Of a stretch of DNA of 64,000 nucleotides, positions 1 to 11,940 are shown piece by piece. The position numbers and the translations under genes were made by a program. The DNA comes from Lytechinus pictus (Eukaryota), in the NCBI RefSeq assembly GCF_037042905.1, contig NC_087251.1, positions 12,092,001 to 12,156,000 on the forward strand. The letters run 5' to 3'. The notes beneath the pieces are model-generated. The model worked only from the letters and a program-made list of their open reading frames with translations. It searched no databases and had not been told where the DNA came from. Position 1 is the first letter of the stretch; each line of letters begins with the position of its first letter.

Positions 1-362
1 CAGTTTATTAGCACGGGTAAGTATTGGGGTGTCGCCTAGAGTGGTTCTGGTACTGGTAGGTGTTACTGTCAGTTAGTAATAATCCCCATTTTTGGATTTG
101 GGGACTATATCACGATTAGGACCCTATGCCGCTAATGGAATGAAACATAAAGGAAAATACGTAAACTGAGCGACGATTGGGCAGCGTACGGTATGGAATC
201 TAAGACTAAGTCTAACTTAACTTTACTTTAGTTACATTCCTCCCTCGCCTCGGGCCTAGGTCTACGTGCTAACATAGATCTGAATACTTGGGACTAAAGT
301 AAAGAAAATTATTCCTATCCTAGTCAGAGTACGGAGTAGTCCTAATTACAGCTGCGACTTAC

Positions 363-497
363 CTGGCCTGGAGCAGAAGCACCCGGAAATTGCAGTTGAA
401 ATAAGTCATTGGCATTGTTAAATGACGCCCACGTCGCATCTAAAAGCAATAACAAAATGCTTAAAGTTGTAATCTGCGTTAAATTAAATTTCTCCAT
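363..497 (-). CDS. First coding exon (45 aa) of a secreted/ER protein gene that continues off the left edge of the window
   Basis: ATG in aaaATGG context at 497. Reads MEKFNLTQITTLSILLLLLDATWASFNNANDLFQLQFPGASAPGQ (hydrophobic signal peptide, probable cleavage after TWA). Ends in phase 0 at a consensus donor CAG|GTAAGT. A CpG-rich stretch lies just upstream. DLFQLQFPG loosely recalls the ERLEC1 N-terminus, but it is too short to name. Confidence 0.7.
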
Positions 498-728
498 TTT
501 AACAGTGGACGTACCGGTGCCGTGCAAGCGCAAGCAGGTTCACAACATATACAGATGTTGTTGTCGTACGTGTCAGTATCGGCCGTGTCGGCTAGCCGGC
601 CGCGAGGCCGGCCGGACCCGGCCTCCACGACCTATAGAGCGATGCTCTCACTGATCTATACACAAAACTCAAAAGTGAAGTAAATTGAAATATAATTATG
701 AATTAGAAAATTATTTACTCTTGGGTAT

Positions 729-1145
729 TCAAGTTCAAGTTCGTCTTTATTCATCCATATTGGAAATTTGTTTTGTTTATATTATAGTCAATAACATAAA
801 AAATGCCATATTAAACATATCATACAGTGAAAGTATATCATACCCGTTTACATAAAGACTAAAGACATAAAGCCAGAAGTGCTAACATTAATTCACAAAA
901 GTTACTGTATTGCCTCCAGTGTGTTATCAGCATTTCATTACAATTTGAAAATTTTCCTTTAATATCAGAGCATGAATTAAGGTATATTAGCACATTAAAT
1001 CCTAATTAAGGCTATTATAATACTGTTTTGCCGTCAAAAAGAATTAAATTAGAAATTTCATTACAAGCAGTTCAGCATTTCAAAATTTCATTGACAAAAA
1101 GGAAATTTACAACGTTCATCAAACTCAATAAGCGATATGAAGGGC
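729..1145 (-). mobile_element. Possible degraded 3' end of a non-LTR retrotransposon
   Basis: Short (GAACTT)n-like tail and AATAAA on the minus strand at ~729-752, with decayed ORF-like sequence upstream. Confidence 0.3.
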
Positions 1146-2353
1146 TTAATTTGGGAACGATTTGGCCGGGGTTTTGCGTCACCCCACCAGTCTTGCTGAT
1201 AGACATAAAGCTGATTTGTGATCGAACAATACCCAAAATTTCTAACCAAGCAAAGTGCCCGGCCTCACGAACGTGTTCTGTGCCCCTTTTACCCAAGAAG
1301 GATCGACCCATTTTATGCCGTAAGCATGTGCCCCTTTGCTTTCTTATAGGTGCCCTTTCTTGTATCAGCTCCTTTTACCTAAGAAACGTGCCCCTCGATC
1401 ACAAACATGCTCTTTACCCCTTTCACCTGAGAAGGACCTGTTTTATGTTTTAATGAGTGCCCCTTTGAAACAAGAAAACAACTTTTCTATTTTTATATGT
1501 ATACTACTTATGCAGGATTTTTTTAGAGTAACCCTGATGTATCACAAAATTTGATTTTCTTTATAATAGTGTCATTTTTTTGCTCGCTCGCAACTTCTTA
1601 TAAATTTTATGTGATGCGACATATTATCTAGCGAGGGTGGGAGGGTTTGGGTATAGTTGCCTTTTGACTCTGCAAATAATGGTTTGGAAGTGCTAATTGT
1701 AGGAGGGGCAGGTTGCCTGCCCCCCAAGGCGTGTGAGTGGACACCAAGGCCAGAGAGGGTGACCACCAGGTGGGAGAGTTGTGGCCGGGACTGCGCTTTT
1801 GGGGGGTTTTGGCGGCCATTTTGGATTTTGGCCCGGCACACTTTTTTCTCGGACCCGAGACGAGAGGTGTTGTCGTTTCATGTTGAGATAAGGTAAAAGG
1901 AACACAAAAAAACTGTTCCCACAGTAAAACCAAAAATCACCCATTTATAGCCCATTCCTACTATTATGTAAACCTGACAGTTCAATTTATATATTTGTTA
2001 CAATTACTGTTGTACTGTATTTCGTTGTTATTAATTTGATTTGTCATTGAAAAGATATCTTGTTATGTTTGAATACTAATAAAATCCCTGTGGAGGGGAA
2101 ACAAATTGAAAAAAAAAATATATCTAGCCCCCTCAAAATCTTGGGCCAATTACGCCACTGTAATAGATAAGTCTTTTTTTTCTTTGTTTTAAAATAGCGC
2201 GTGCCCTTTTTCCATGTGCCCCGGCCGGCCCTCCCCCTTTCAACTTCGCTCCGCCGCCCCAGCCAACAGTCATAATAGTGGTGCGATTTCAGCGCTTACT
2301 ATACATTATAATTATAAAGGGCAAAATGTTGGAAGGGTTCGGGGCAGTTCTAT

Positions 2354-5300
2354 TTTTTTTTCTTTTCCTCGTTCAGAGGTACTTTATTCTTCATATTCCT
2401 TTCTCATTTTAACATTTCTTTCGAGGCACAGTGCGTGTAGAGTTACAAAACATGTTACATATAAACATGTTATAGACATCAACAATTTAATCTAAAATGT
2501 GATAAAGATGAAATTTCTCTATAGGGTTAAAGCTCTTTGAACATTTGAATTAAATGAACATTGGATTTAAATCGCCATTTTACATAAAAAAGTATCTCTT
2601 TCTTGAACTCATACCAAATTGAATATATATTAAAAGCTCTTTCTTGCATCTTATACATGACATAAGATTTGTATATTGCATACTGTGCAAATATCATAAA
2701 CAAATTATTCAACGTAAACTTGCGATCGTGAATTTTGTATCCAATGAACAACGTCGTTTCGTTAATAGGAATTGCTATTTTAAACATAAATTGCAAAGAA
2801 TTCTTTATCTTTATCCAAAAATTGGCAACATGATTACATTCTAACATAATATGAACAAAAGTTTCTTCTGCTTCACAGAACATACAAGATGTGTCATTAG
2901 CTAATTTCCAACGACATAAATTGAATTTAAAGGGTAATAAATTGTGAAGCATTTTCAAGTTGTATTGTCGAATCTTGTTATACTTTAAATACTTTAGTTT
3001 GAAATTAAAAACATTTTGCCATTCAAAGTTTACTGGTAATTCTAATTTAGATTGCCAGTATTGTATAATGTGTGGATCGGATTTTTTTTTGGTTACAAGT
3101 AAAACATAAAAATCTTTTGATTTCATGTTCTTTAAGTCTACAATATCTCCTCCACTAATTTCAATTTCAAAAAGATCTTCTGGAAGCTTTGAAGATAAGG
3201 TGTCACATTTGTCAGTCCATTCAGCTGGGACAGCTCTTTTTAGCTTTGAATATTCAAACTCGACTTAAAGTGATTTACATGCTACTATTTCAAAAATTTA
3301 TTCGGAAGGTTTCCAGGCATGATTACGTAATAATTGGTGAACATAAAAGATATTGTGGTCGGACCATCTGTTGAAATATAAAAGGTTTCTTTCTAATTTT
3401 ATATGACTGTTATACCATAAAATTTCGTGTTTTATACTATTAATATTGTGATATTCAGTAAATCGTATGTCATACCAAGAGCATAATAGATCTGTATAAA
3501 AGGATGGAATTTGCTTTTTCATACATACAATTAACATATCTTTTTTCGAACAATTGAAACGGAGACACAAGGGCATCGGTCCTATCTTTGCTGTCCAAAA
3601 TTTAAACAAGTACATCCATGGTTGATCATCATATTTTAAATATTTTGAAATCCATGAAAGTTTTAATGAAGACAATTTTGAATTTAAGTCTATCATATCT
3701 AATCCTCCTTTATGGAATGAATTAATACAAACATTTCGTTTTATCTTTTCTTTTTTCGAGCCCCAAATAAACATATACATCATTTTCTCTAATTCACGAG
3801 CCATGTTGTTTGGCACGTGTATTACAATTGCAGGATAAACAATCTGTGATATTATCAAAGATTTAAGTAATACTATTTTGCCATATATAGTTAAATTTCT
3901 CATTTTCCAGATGTTCATTATAGAATGAATTTTAACTAATTTTGTATCCCAATTCATTCTTTCTTTTTTACGTTTATCTGTACCTACAAAAATACCAAGG
4001 TATTTCACTGGATCATTTGTCTATTGTATATCTCTTAAGGTTACGTCTTGAGGGAAGATGGACATTGCACGAGTTTTTGTTATATTAAGTTTAGGGCCTG
4101 CAATTTCTCCAAATTGCCTTAAATCTTCTATCGCAATATTACCAGAATTAACAGAACTCACAAAAATTACTGCATCATCAGCAAGCTGTGATATTTTGAT
4201 TTCTTTTTCTGAACACTGGGTTCCATTTTCTCCTGGAATAATGATTCCTTCAATACTATCGTTTTGTTTTGTTTTCCTTGCCATAACATCAGCAATTAAT
4301 AAAAACAGTAAGGCTGAGAGTGGGCAGCCTTGTCTTACAACTTGTTCTATTTTGAAATTTTGTGACATCCAACCGTTATTAATCACTCTTCCGGAAGCAT
4401 CATTATACAAAACGTTAATCCAATTAATAAGTACCCTTGAATTTCAATTTATGTAATAACTGAAATAAAAATTGATGGTTAACATTATCAAAAGCTTTTT
4501 TGAAATCTAAAAAAATGAAATAACCTGGAAGATTTAGGTGCGAACAAAGATCAATTACATCTTCAACTAAACGAACATTTTCTGAAGCTGAACGCAATTT
4601 TAGATAACCAGTTTGATCCTTAGAAATGATTTTATCGATAACACGTTGAAGACGTGAGCAAATGACTTTGGCTGCAATTTTGTAATCGATGTTTAGAAGT
4701 GATATAGGACGCCAATTGTCAAGTAAACCTCTGTCACCTTTTTTATGTAACAATATTAAAATACCTTGCTTTTGAGATTCTGACAACTTATTCTTTCTGT
4801 AGCCTTCGTTCAAACTATTGATAATCATCTATTTTATATCTTGCCAAAAACATTGATAAAACTCTGCTGATAGTCCATCACTACCTGGGTCTTGTTACCT
4901 TTCATTGACTTCAATGCTTTGTAACACTCGGATTCTGTAAGTAAACCTTCGCAAAGGTCAGCTTCTTCTTCCGACAAGGTAGTAAACTCAACAACATTCA
5001 AATAATCATATATTTCTGTTACAAGAACATTATTTTTATTTGAATATAGATTTTGGTAGTATTCATAGATTTCTTTTAAAATGGCTTCTTCATAAAAAAT
5101 GACATCTTTATCCCGTTTCAAAAAGTCTAGATGTTTCTTTATCCCGTTCCTTTTTTCCAAGTTGAGAAAATATTTTGATGATTTTTCGCCTTCTTCCATC
5201 CATTTTTCACGGGATCTCACAAAGGCACCTTTACATTTATCTTCAATTAATTTATCAATCTGCTTAGTAACATCGTTAAGTTCAGTGAGGTTATTGTCAC

Positions 5301-6849
5301 TCGGGTGAGCATCATTTGCTTTCGAAAGGATTTCAAGTTTACTTTGCAAGGTATGATATATTTGGTTTCTGTCCTTCTGTACTGTCTTTGAGTATTTTAT
5401 TAAATATTCTTTGATCTTAATCTTGCATAAATCCCATAACATTTGATCATTATAGTTTCTATATTCTAGTTTTACTTTCTTTATGATATTTCTGATTGTT
5501 TCTTTAAATATGTCGTCTCTAGAAGTGAGTTATTAAATTTCCATATACCTTTACCCTTGACTGAAGATGAAATTGTAAGTTTTAAAGACACAGCGTTGTG
5601 ATCACATATCAGAATGGGTCTTATATCTGCGGAATGTACAAATGAACATAAATTATATGATTTCAACCAATAGTCTAATCGGGAGTAATAACCAAGTAAG
5701 TATTGCCGCCAAGTAAATTGTTTGAGTGAAGGGTGACATTTTCTCCAGATGTCTACTAAGTTCAACTTTTTACATATATTTTGTAACAGGTCATTAGGTT
5801 TATATGCATAACTTATTCCTTGGGTGTCCATACATGAACTTTGAACTGAATTCCAGTCTCCACCCAATAATAGCAAATCATCTTTATGTACGTGTGCTTT
5901 CAGCCATGAAAGTAAACCTCTGAAAAAAATTAGACTTTTCCGATGATTTTGTCGGAGCATAAACATTTACAATAAAATAGAACTTATTGCTGTAAGATAA
6001 TCGAATACCAATCACACGACCACCGGGTTGTCTAATACATTCTATGATATCTATAGGTAAACCATCCTTTATTCCAATTAAAACACCTTTTGAATGGTTG
6101 GTACCGTTGTTAAAAAATAATTAACATTTTCTTTCTATTTTTAATATTGGTTCAAGGTCCTTGGTTATAAAAGTTTCTTGCATCAAAACGATATCGTATT
6201 TTTGAAAATCTAACCATTAGAATATTTTTTCTCGTTTCTTTTTATGTCGTATTCCTCTCACATTGACCGAAATCAAATGTAGAATTTTTTAATTAATAGC
6301 CATGTTAGTAGGGTTGAGTTTTCCGGCGTTCTTTCATTCGTTTCCGTCAATTTATCTTCCTGTGTTTGATCTTTCTTTTCTTTTCCGCTTCGGAGGTTTT
6401 TTGTTGGATTTTTTCGGTGTCGGGGTTTCAGGTGAGAAAGGCGATTGAAACTGGTCTGCCTCGCTCGATGTCTCGTCTCCTGAGTCGCATTCATTTGCTA
6501 CGTCTGTTGTGTTGTATTGCTCATCGGACTGTGACGGTGTGTGTCATTACGAAGAAAGCCCGTGATGTGTGTGTTTGCGAGAAGGTGACGGTGCGTCAGC
6601 TTGTTGTGTATGCCTCTGTGGCACATGCATTCTCTCCTTCGGGCGAGCCCCATTGGCTGTCGCGGCTTGATCACGTGATGTGGGTCCGGCTTTCATGGCG
6701 TTCTCACGGGGTTCACGATCAGCTGTGGTGTTACGTAACTCGCTGGGTGTGGCTGTGTTTACGTTTGCTGTGCAAGTGCTGCTTACGTGGCCGGTCTGTT
6801 TACAGTTTCTACATTTCACGCTGTTGGTGCATTGTGACGAATGGTGCCC
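2354..6849 (-). mobile_element. 5'-truncated, degenerate Tx1/L1-clade LINE (end of ORF1 plus fragmented ORF2: APE endonuclease, RT, C-terminal Cys/His motif)
   Basis: ORF1 zinc knuckle CRNCKQTGHVSSTC (~6780-6820). APE motifs SVNVRGI..QET (~6270), GGDWN, SRLDYW, CDH (5481-5966). RT motifs NWRPISLLNIDYKI, LDFKKAFD, RQGCPLS, ADD, KYLG. C-terminal CMFC..ETFVHIMLEC. A-rich tail at ~2354-2367. 15-bp TSD TCGGGGCAGTTCTAT at 2339-2353 and 6850-6864. Several stops and frameshifts. Confidence 0.95.
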
Positions 6850-7272
6850 TCGGGGCAGTTCTATAGTGAATGCATTGGATTACGATTTTTTCTGGATACG
6901 TCAATAATTAGGCAGCTATAAGTTATTAATTCCCATTCGTTCGAGATATACACGTACCCTGGGACTGATTGCACGATTGCAAGAGCCGTCTTTCGTGTCG
7001 CCCATTTATTATGATGCACCATGTGAAACACATTTTTAAAAAATACCTGCAAACATATTTCATTCATCTGTTATAAAAAGTAAACAAAATATTTGTTTAC
7101 TTGATTGTGTGATATCTCATGAAATTCTATAAAGATTTATTTAAGAGCTAGCTAAATAATTTATTTGTTTATCATAAATTTCAGAAATATCCCGCATACA
7201 GCACATCAATAAAGAATGGGGGACACGATAGACGGTCCTTCGGCAAAGACCCTTTCGTGCAATCGGCCCATC

Positions 7273-8420
7273 TTTTTTTTTTAAAGATGTTTTATTGTTT
7301 TTCTCTCAAATCAAATTCATACAATACAGTTCACAAAGTAACAATAAATTGTAAAAACAAAATTAACTCCTACATTATGCACATCGTGTAATATTATTCA
7401 AAGACACTGCATCGTACCAGATGAGGTGTGACTCACAAATATCAGAGAAAAAAAACTTTAAAAAGTATATGCGCGGTTCTACCTGCCCCCTCCTTACCCA
7501 CCCTCCCCCTTCCCTCCGACACACACGCAAACACCCACACTTCACACCCTAAAACACTCACACACTTCTCCCTTGCATACAGCGCCCGCGTTCCGTTTGA
7601 AACAAGCAAAACACCATAATTAAAGGGATGGTCCGGGCTGAAAGTATTTATAGCTTAATAAATAGAGAAGAATTCACTGAGCAAAATGCCGAAAATTTCA
7701 TCAAAATCGGATAATAAATAACAAAATTATTGAATTTCAAAGTTTAGCAATATTTTGTGAAAACAGTCGTCATGAATATTCAATAGGTGGGCTGATGATT
7801 TCACATCCCCACTTGTTCTTTTGTATTTTATTATATGAAATTAGGTTTATTCAAATTTTTTCCTCCAAGAACTATAAAACTTGGATTGACAACTAATTTA
7901 GTGCATTAGATATTGCTGCAACTTATTTCATTATAAGGGAGACATATTATTCACACAAGTATGATAAGGAAAAAATTATGATTTTATGTAATAACATAAG
8001 AAAACGGAAAGTGGGGAAGTGACATCATCAGCCCACGTAATGATATTCATGACGACTGTTTTCACAAACTATAGCTAAACTTTAAACTTAAATAACTTTA
8101 TTATCCGATTTTGATGAAATTTTTGGCATTTTGCTCAGTGAATTCTACTCTATGTATTAAGATATAAATATTTTCAGCCCGGACCATCCCTTTAACGAAT
8201 ATAATCTCGTGAGCTCTGTCGCCTCTATACTCTTGTAAGGAATTATTGTTCCCATTTTCTTATAATGGTTTGATAATTTACCTCGCGTTACTGCTGAAAT
8301 TTTCTCTTCTCGTTCATTTTCTAACATCTTCTCTCTAATTTCATTGGAACTTGGCCAGTGGTCTTTTTTTTAGTCCTGCTGTAAGCAAAGGTCAATATTT
8401 ATTGATTATCTGTTCCTTCC
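7273..8420 (-). mobile_element. Short 3' fragment of a second Tx1/L1-like LINE, interrupted by a MITE
   Basis: Poly-T plus TTTATT at ~7273-7296 (polyA/AATAAA on minus). Minus-strand translation at ~8250-8320 ends ...AVTRGKLSNHYKK(W), resembling L1/Tx1 ORF2 C-termini. Confidence 0.5.
7624..8191. mobile_element. Kolobok/T2-type foldback MITE, family A
   Basis: TIR AGGGATGGTCCGGGCTGAAA with TTAA on both sides; nearly palindromic; second copy at 61728-62305. Confidence 0.9.
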
Positions 8421-8428
8421 CTATATAT

Positions 8429-8972
8429 TCCACCCCAGAAAAATGTTGATTTGAATAAATAGAGAAAACCAAACAAAATTTCATCAAATCGGATGTAAAA
8501 TAAGAAAGTTATGACATCTTAAAGTTTTTGCTTATTTTCACGGCACATCTCACTTGAGACAGTTGATGATGTCCCTCACTCAGTCACTATTTCTTTTGTT
8601 TTTTATTGTTTGAATTATACAATATTTCATTTTTTATAGATTTGACAATAAGGACCAACTTGACTGAATCATATAGTATTAAACAATGCTCATCCCACAT
8701 GTTCAGGAAGGAATTAATCGCTGTTTCACTTGAACAAAATAGAAAATTCCCTATTTCATATAACAAAAGAAATAGTGAGTGAATGGCGTCATCAGTCTCC
8801 TCATTTGCATACCAACCAGGCTGTGCATATAACTGTTTTGTGAAATTAAGCAAAACTTTGAAATGTCATAACTTTCAAATTTTACTTCCGATTTTGATGA
8901 AATTTTCAGTGTTGCTTGTTGGATTTTTCTCTTTTTATTCAAATCAACTTTTTGTTGGGGTGGACTTGCCCT
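8429..8972. mobile_element. Kolobok/T2-type MITE, family B (left end clipped)
   Basis: Right end GGGGTGGACTTGCCCT-TTAA; homologous to copies at 35958, 43170, 44991 and 48607. Confidence 0.8.
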
Positions 8973-9084
8973 TTAACCTTTAACACCAATGAGTATATCC
9001 ACCCACCTGGCATTTTTTTATTTCATACAATTGGTTATACCACAATCTATCCACAATTCTCTCGTCTTTTCACATGTAAAAAAG

Positions 9085-11225
9085 CAGGGGCGGATCCAGC
9101 CTTCGCCAATAGGGGGGGGGGCCGGATTTTTTTTAAGCCACATTTTCCAGATCGGCCGCTCGAAGTTGATTTTTGTTCGTTTCTTTGAAGGGGTAGTCCT
9201 AATAGTCACTTCTAAGCTTTATTCTCATAAATAAATATATAATAATCTCATAAGCCTTATTTATAAACAGTGCTATAAACGAGCTATTTTCTTTTTATTT
9301 CAAGTATTTTGTCCGAAAATTAAAATATTCTGGGCAATGTTTGTGATCCTAAACCAGATGTGTATTCAACTAAATTATTACTGCGAGCGCGAGCTGAAAA
9401 TTTTGACATTTCCAACTGAAGAATGGAAATTCTAAGCACTTTTTGTAATCGTGATAAGGACAAGTATATAACAAAACAATTGATGCCAGCGCGAAGCGCG
9501 AGCGGAAAAATTCGAGATTTACACCTAAAGATGGGACACTCTATTTATGTTTTGTACAGCACGAAAATGATGAGTAATTGGAAATCTTTCTACATAAATA
9601 ATGCTTGCGCATAGCGCGAGCAGAAAATTTTGACATTTCCACCTATATAATGGAAATTTGAAGCACTTTTTGTAATCGTGATAAGGATAAGTATATAACA
9701 AAACAATTAATGCGAGCGTGAAGCGCGAGCGGAAAATTTAAAGATTTACACCTAAAATTTGGACACTCAATAAAAAATTCATGTTTTGTAAATCATGAAA
9801 ATGATGAGTAATTGGAAATCATTCTAAATTAATAATGCGAAAAAGCGCGAGCAGAAATTTTTTTATATATTGGATAACGATTTAAATAGAGAACAAGCTG
9901 CGTATCTGAATAAACATGCGCGATTTAGAATCTAGCCATTTTAAATACCTCTTTTATCATGAAAAAAAAAAAAGCGAACGCGAAGCGCGACATTAAACTT
10001 TTTGATATTCAAATCTGAAAAAGGGTCAATTTAAACTTTGTATTTCAAGCACTTTGTGGGAAAATTGTGAAGTGGATATGGATCACAGTTAAAAAAAAAG
10101 AGCTGATATGTTTCAATATTAATACTTTGAGTTTTAAAATAGGACCGGGACATTCTAAGAACATTTTGTGATCATATGAAAATGATGACTATCTTCCTAC
10201 TTCTCTTTCTTAAGCGCGAGATGGAACTTGTCGACATTCTATTCTGAAAAAAGGAACAGTTTGATTATTAAATTAATATCTCATTTATTGTCTAATAAGC
10301 CTTAAAAAGAGCGCGAAATATGTTAATATTATGGCTTGAAAACTGGACATTATTTTAAAGCACTTTTATAATGAATAAGATGCATGAGTTCATAAACAAT
10401 CAATACGAGCGCAAATCGCAAGACGAAGTTTTTGATAAACTGTCATGAAATGAGGATTTTAAGTAGTTTGTTACAGAATTAATATTGAGATATACATAAC
10501 TCACCAATCAAAGTGCGAGCGTGCAGCGCTATATAGCTGATACGTTTTGACAATCTGGGCCCCGTAACTCAAAGATTAGCGATTAATCGTTAAATAAAAT
10601 GGCAAATCAAGATCATCGTTACATGCGAATTTTGCTCAGTAGACTAGACTGGCTAGGAAACAATTAGAATTGCTCTTTCAAATTAGCGATTAATCGCTAA
10701 CCTTTGTGTTGCGGGGCCTTGACCTGAATAGGGATATTTTGAGAACTTTATGGAATACAGGAAAATAATAGGTACCTGACAAATCAAATTTTGCGAGCGC
10801 GCAGCGCGAGCAGAAAATTTTAATATTCAGACCATGAAACGGAATTTTTTACAGAGCACTCTTAAAAATCAATTTGTAAAGCAAACAAAATAATGAAAGT
10901 TCGATTTCCGAGCTGTAATATGTTTTGTATATTGACTTCGAAATTTTAATATTTTAAGCTCCATATTGAGCAAGATCTGTGAATCACCAAAAAGGCAATG
11001 TGAGCGCGAAGAGCGAGCGAAAATTTGATATAGTGACATGAAAGATTAAAAAAATTATTTTCCAAGTCTTCCCCTCATCTTATTTTATTTACTCGTCTTC
11101 CTCCTCTTATGTCTCCCTTTCTTTTTTCTCCTCTCTTTTTCTTTTCTTTCTTTCCCCCTTTTTTTTGCTCCGCCAATAGGGGGGCCCAGGCCCCTCAGCG
11201 GCCCCCCCCCCTGGATCCGCCTATG
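9085..11225. mobile_element. Non-autonomous DNA transposon with CAGGGGCGGATCCAG / CTGGATCCGCCTATG ends and internal GCGAGCGCGAAGCGCGAGC subrepeats
   Basis: Imperfect TIRs and a recurring GCGAGC motif. An inverted partial copy lies at 30455-~32235. A small GGCCCCG...CGGGGCC MITE is nested at ~10557-10718. No clear TSD. Confidence 0.75.
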
Positions 11226-11452
11226 AAAAACAGATGCTCGTAGGTTTCTTCTGTATTCCCACAAAATGAACATTCACTGTCTAAGGAAATTTTGAATAAA
11301 ATAATGTAAATATATTCTTCGTGTATATTAGTTCATAAATCATTTCAAATTGAAACTTTCTAAGCCTACTGCTTAGAGCACATTTTCTGGGTCTTGAAAT
11401 ATAGCATGGATATATTATATATCTTTTTAGGAGTAATTGTATTTCTTCTCTG

Positions 11453-11732
11453 CACACTAAGAAATAAAGGTTCAAAATTGAACCCCGAAAGGTTGATGCA
11501 AAATCAGCACCCTATGGATTCAAAAATTGAACCCCTGGTTGGGGTTCATTTTGGAACCCTGCGGGTTCAAAACTGCACCCCTAGGGGTTCAATTTAAAAT
11601 TTAGGGGTGCAGTTTTGAACCCGCAGGGTGCAAAAATGAACCATAACCAGGGGTTCAATTTTTGAACCCATAGGGTGCTGATTTTGCATCAACCTTTCGG
11701 GGTTCAAATTTGAACCTTTATTTCTTAGGGTG
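11453..11732. mobile_element. Near-perfect 280-bp palindromic MITE with CAC(A/C)CTAAGAAAT ends (CACTA/EnSpm-like)
   Basis: Arms are reverse complements around ~11580; internal GGTTCAAAATTGAACC subrepeats. Confidence 0.8.
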
Positions 11733-11940
11733 TATATTATTAAAGGCATACGATTTTTCAAATTTAATACTTTAAAGTGCCTTGTATATTGTCTTGGATG
11801 TCACGTACGTTTGGTAAACTTTTAGTCTTACCATTAAACATAAATTCTAGATTTAGACCAGTGTCTTCACAGTTGTATTTTTTCTTTAAAAGGTGATGCC
11901 ATGTTTCTGGAATATTTTCAAAAACTTTATAAACTTTATC

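Noticed and set aside
6366..6866. 166-aa plus-strand ORF (also 4058-4456, 5099-5308)
   Set aside because: Antisense shadows of LINE coding sequence.
6861..7067. ORF that looks like an upstream continuation of LINE ORF1
   Set aside because: It lies outside the 15-bp TSD (6850-6864), so it is not part of the element; no recognisable motif.
7215..7272. Hairpin-like GC-richer stretch beside a LINE poly-A (possible snRNA target of Tx1)
   Set aside because: I could not match it to any snRNA, tRNA or rRNA I know; an Rfam search would be needed.
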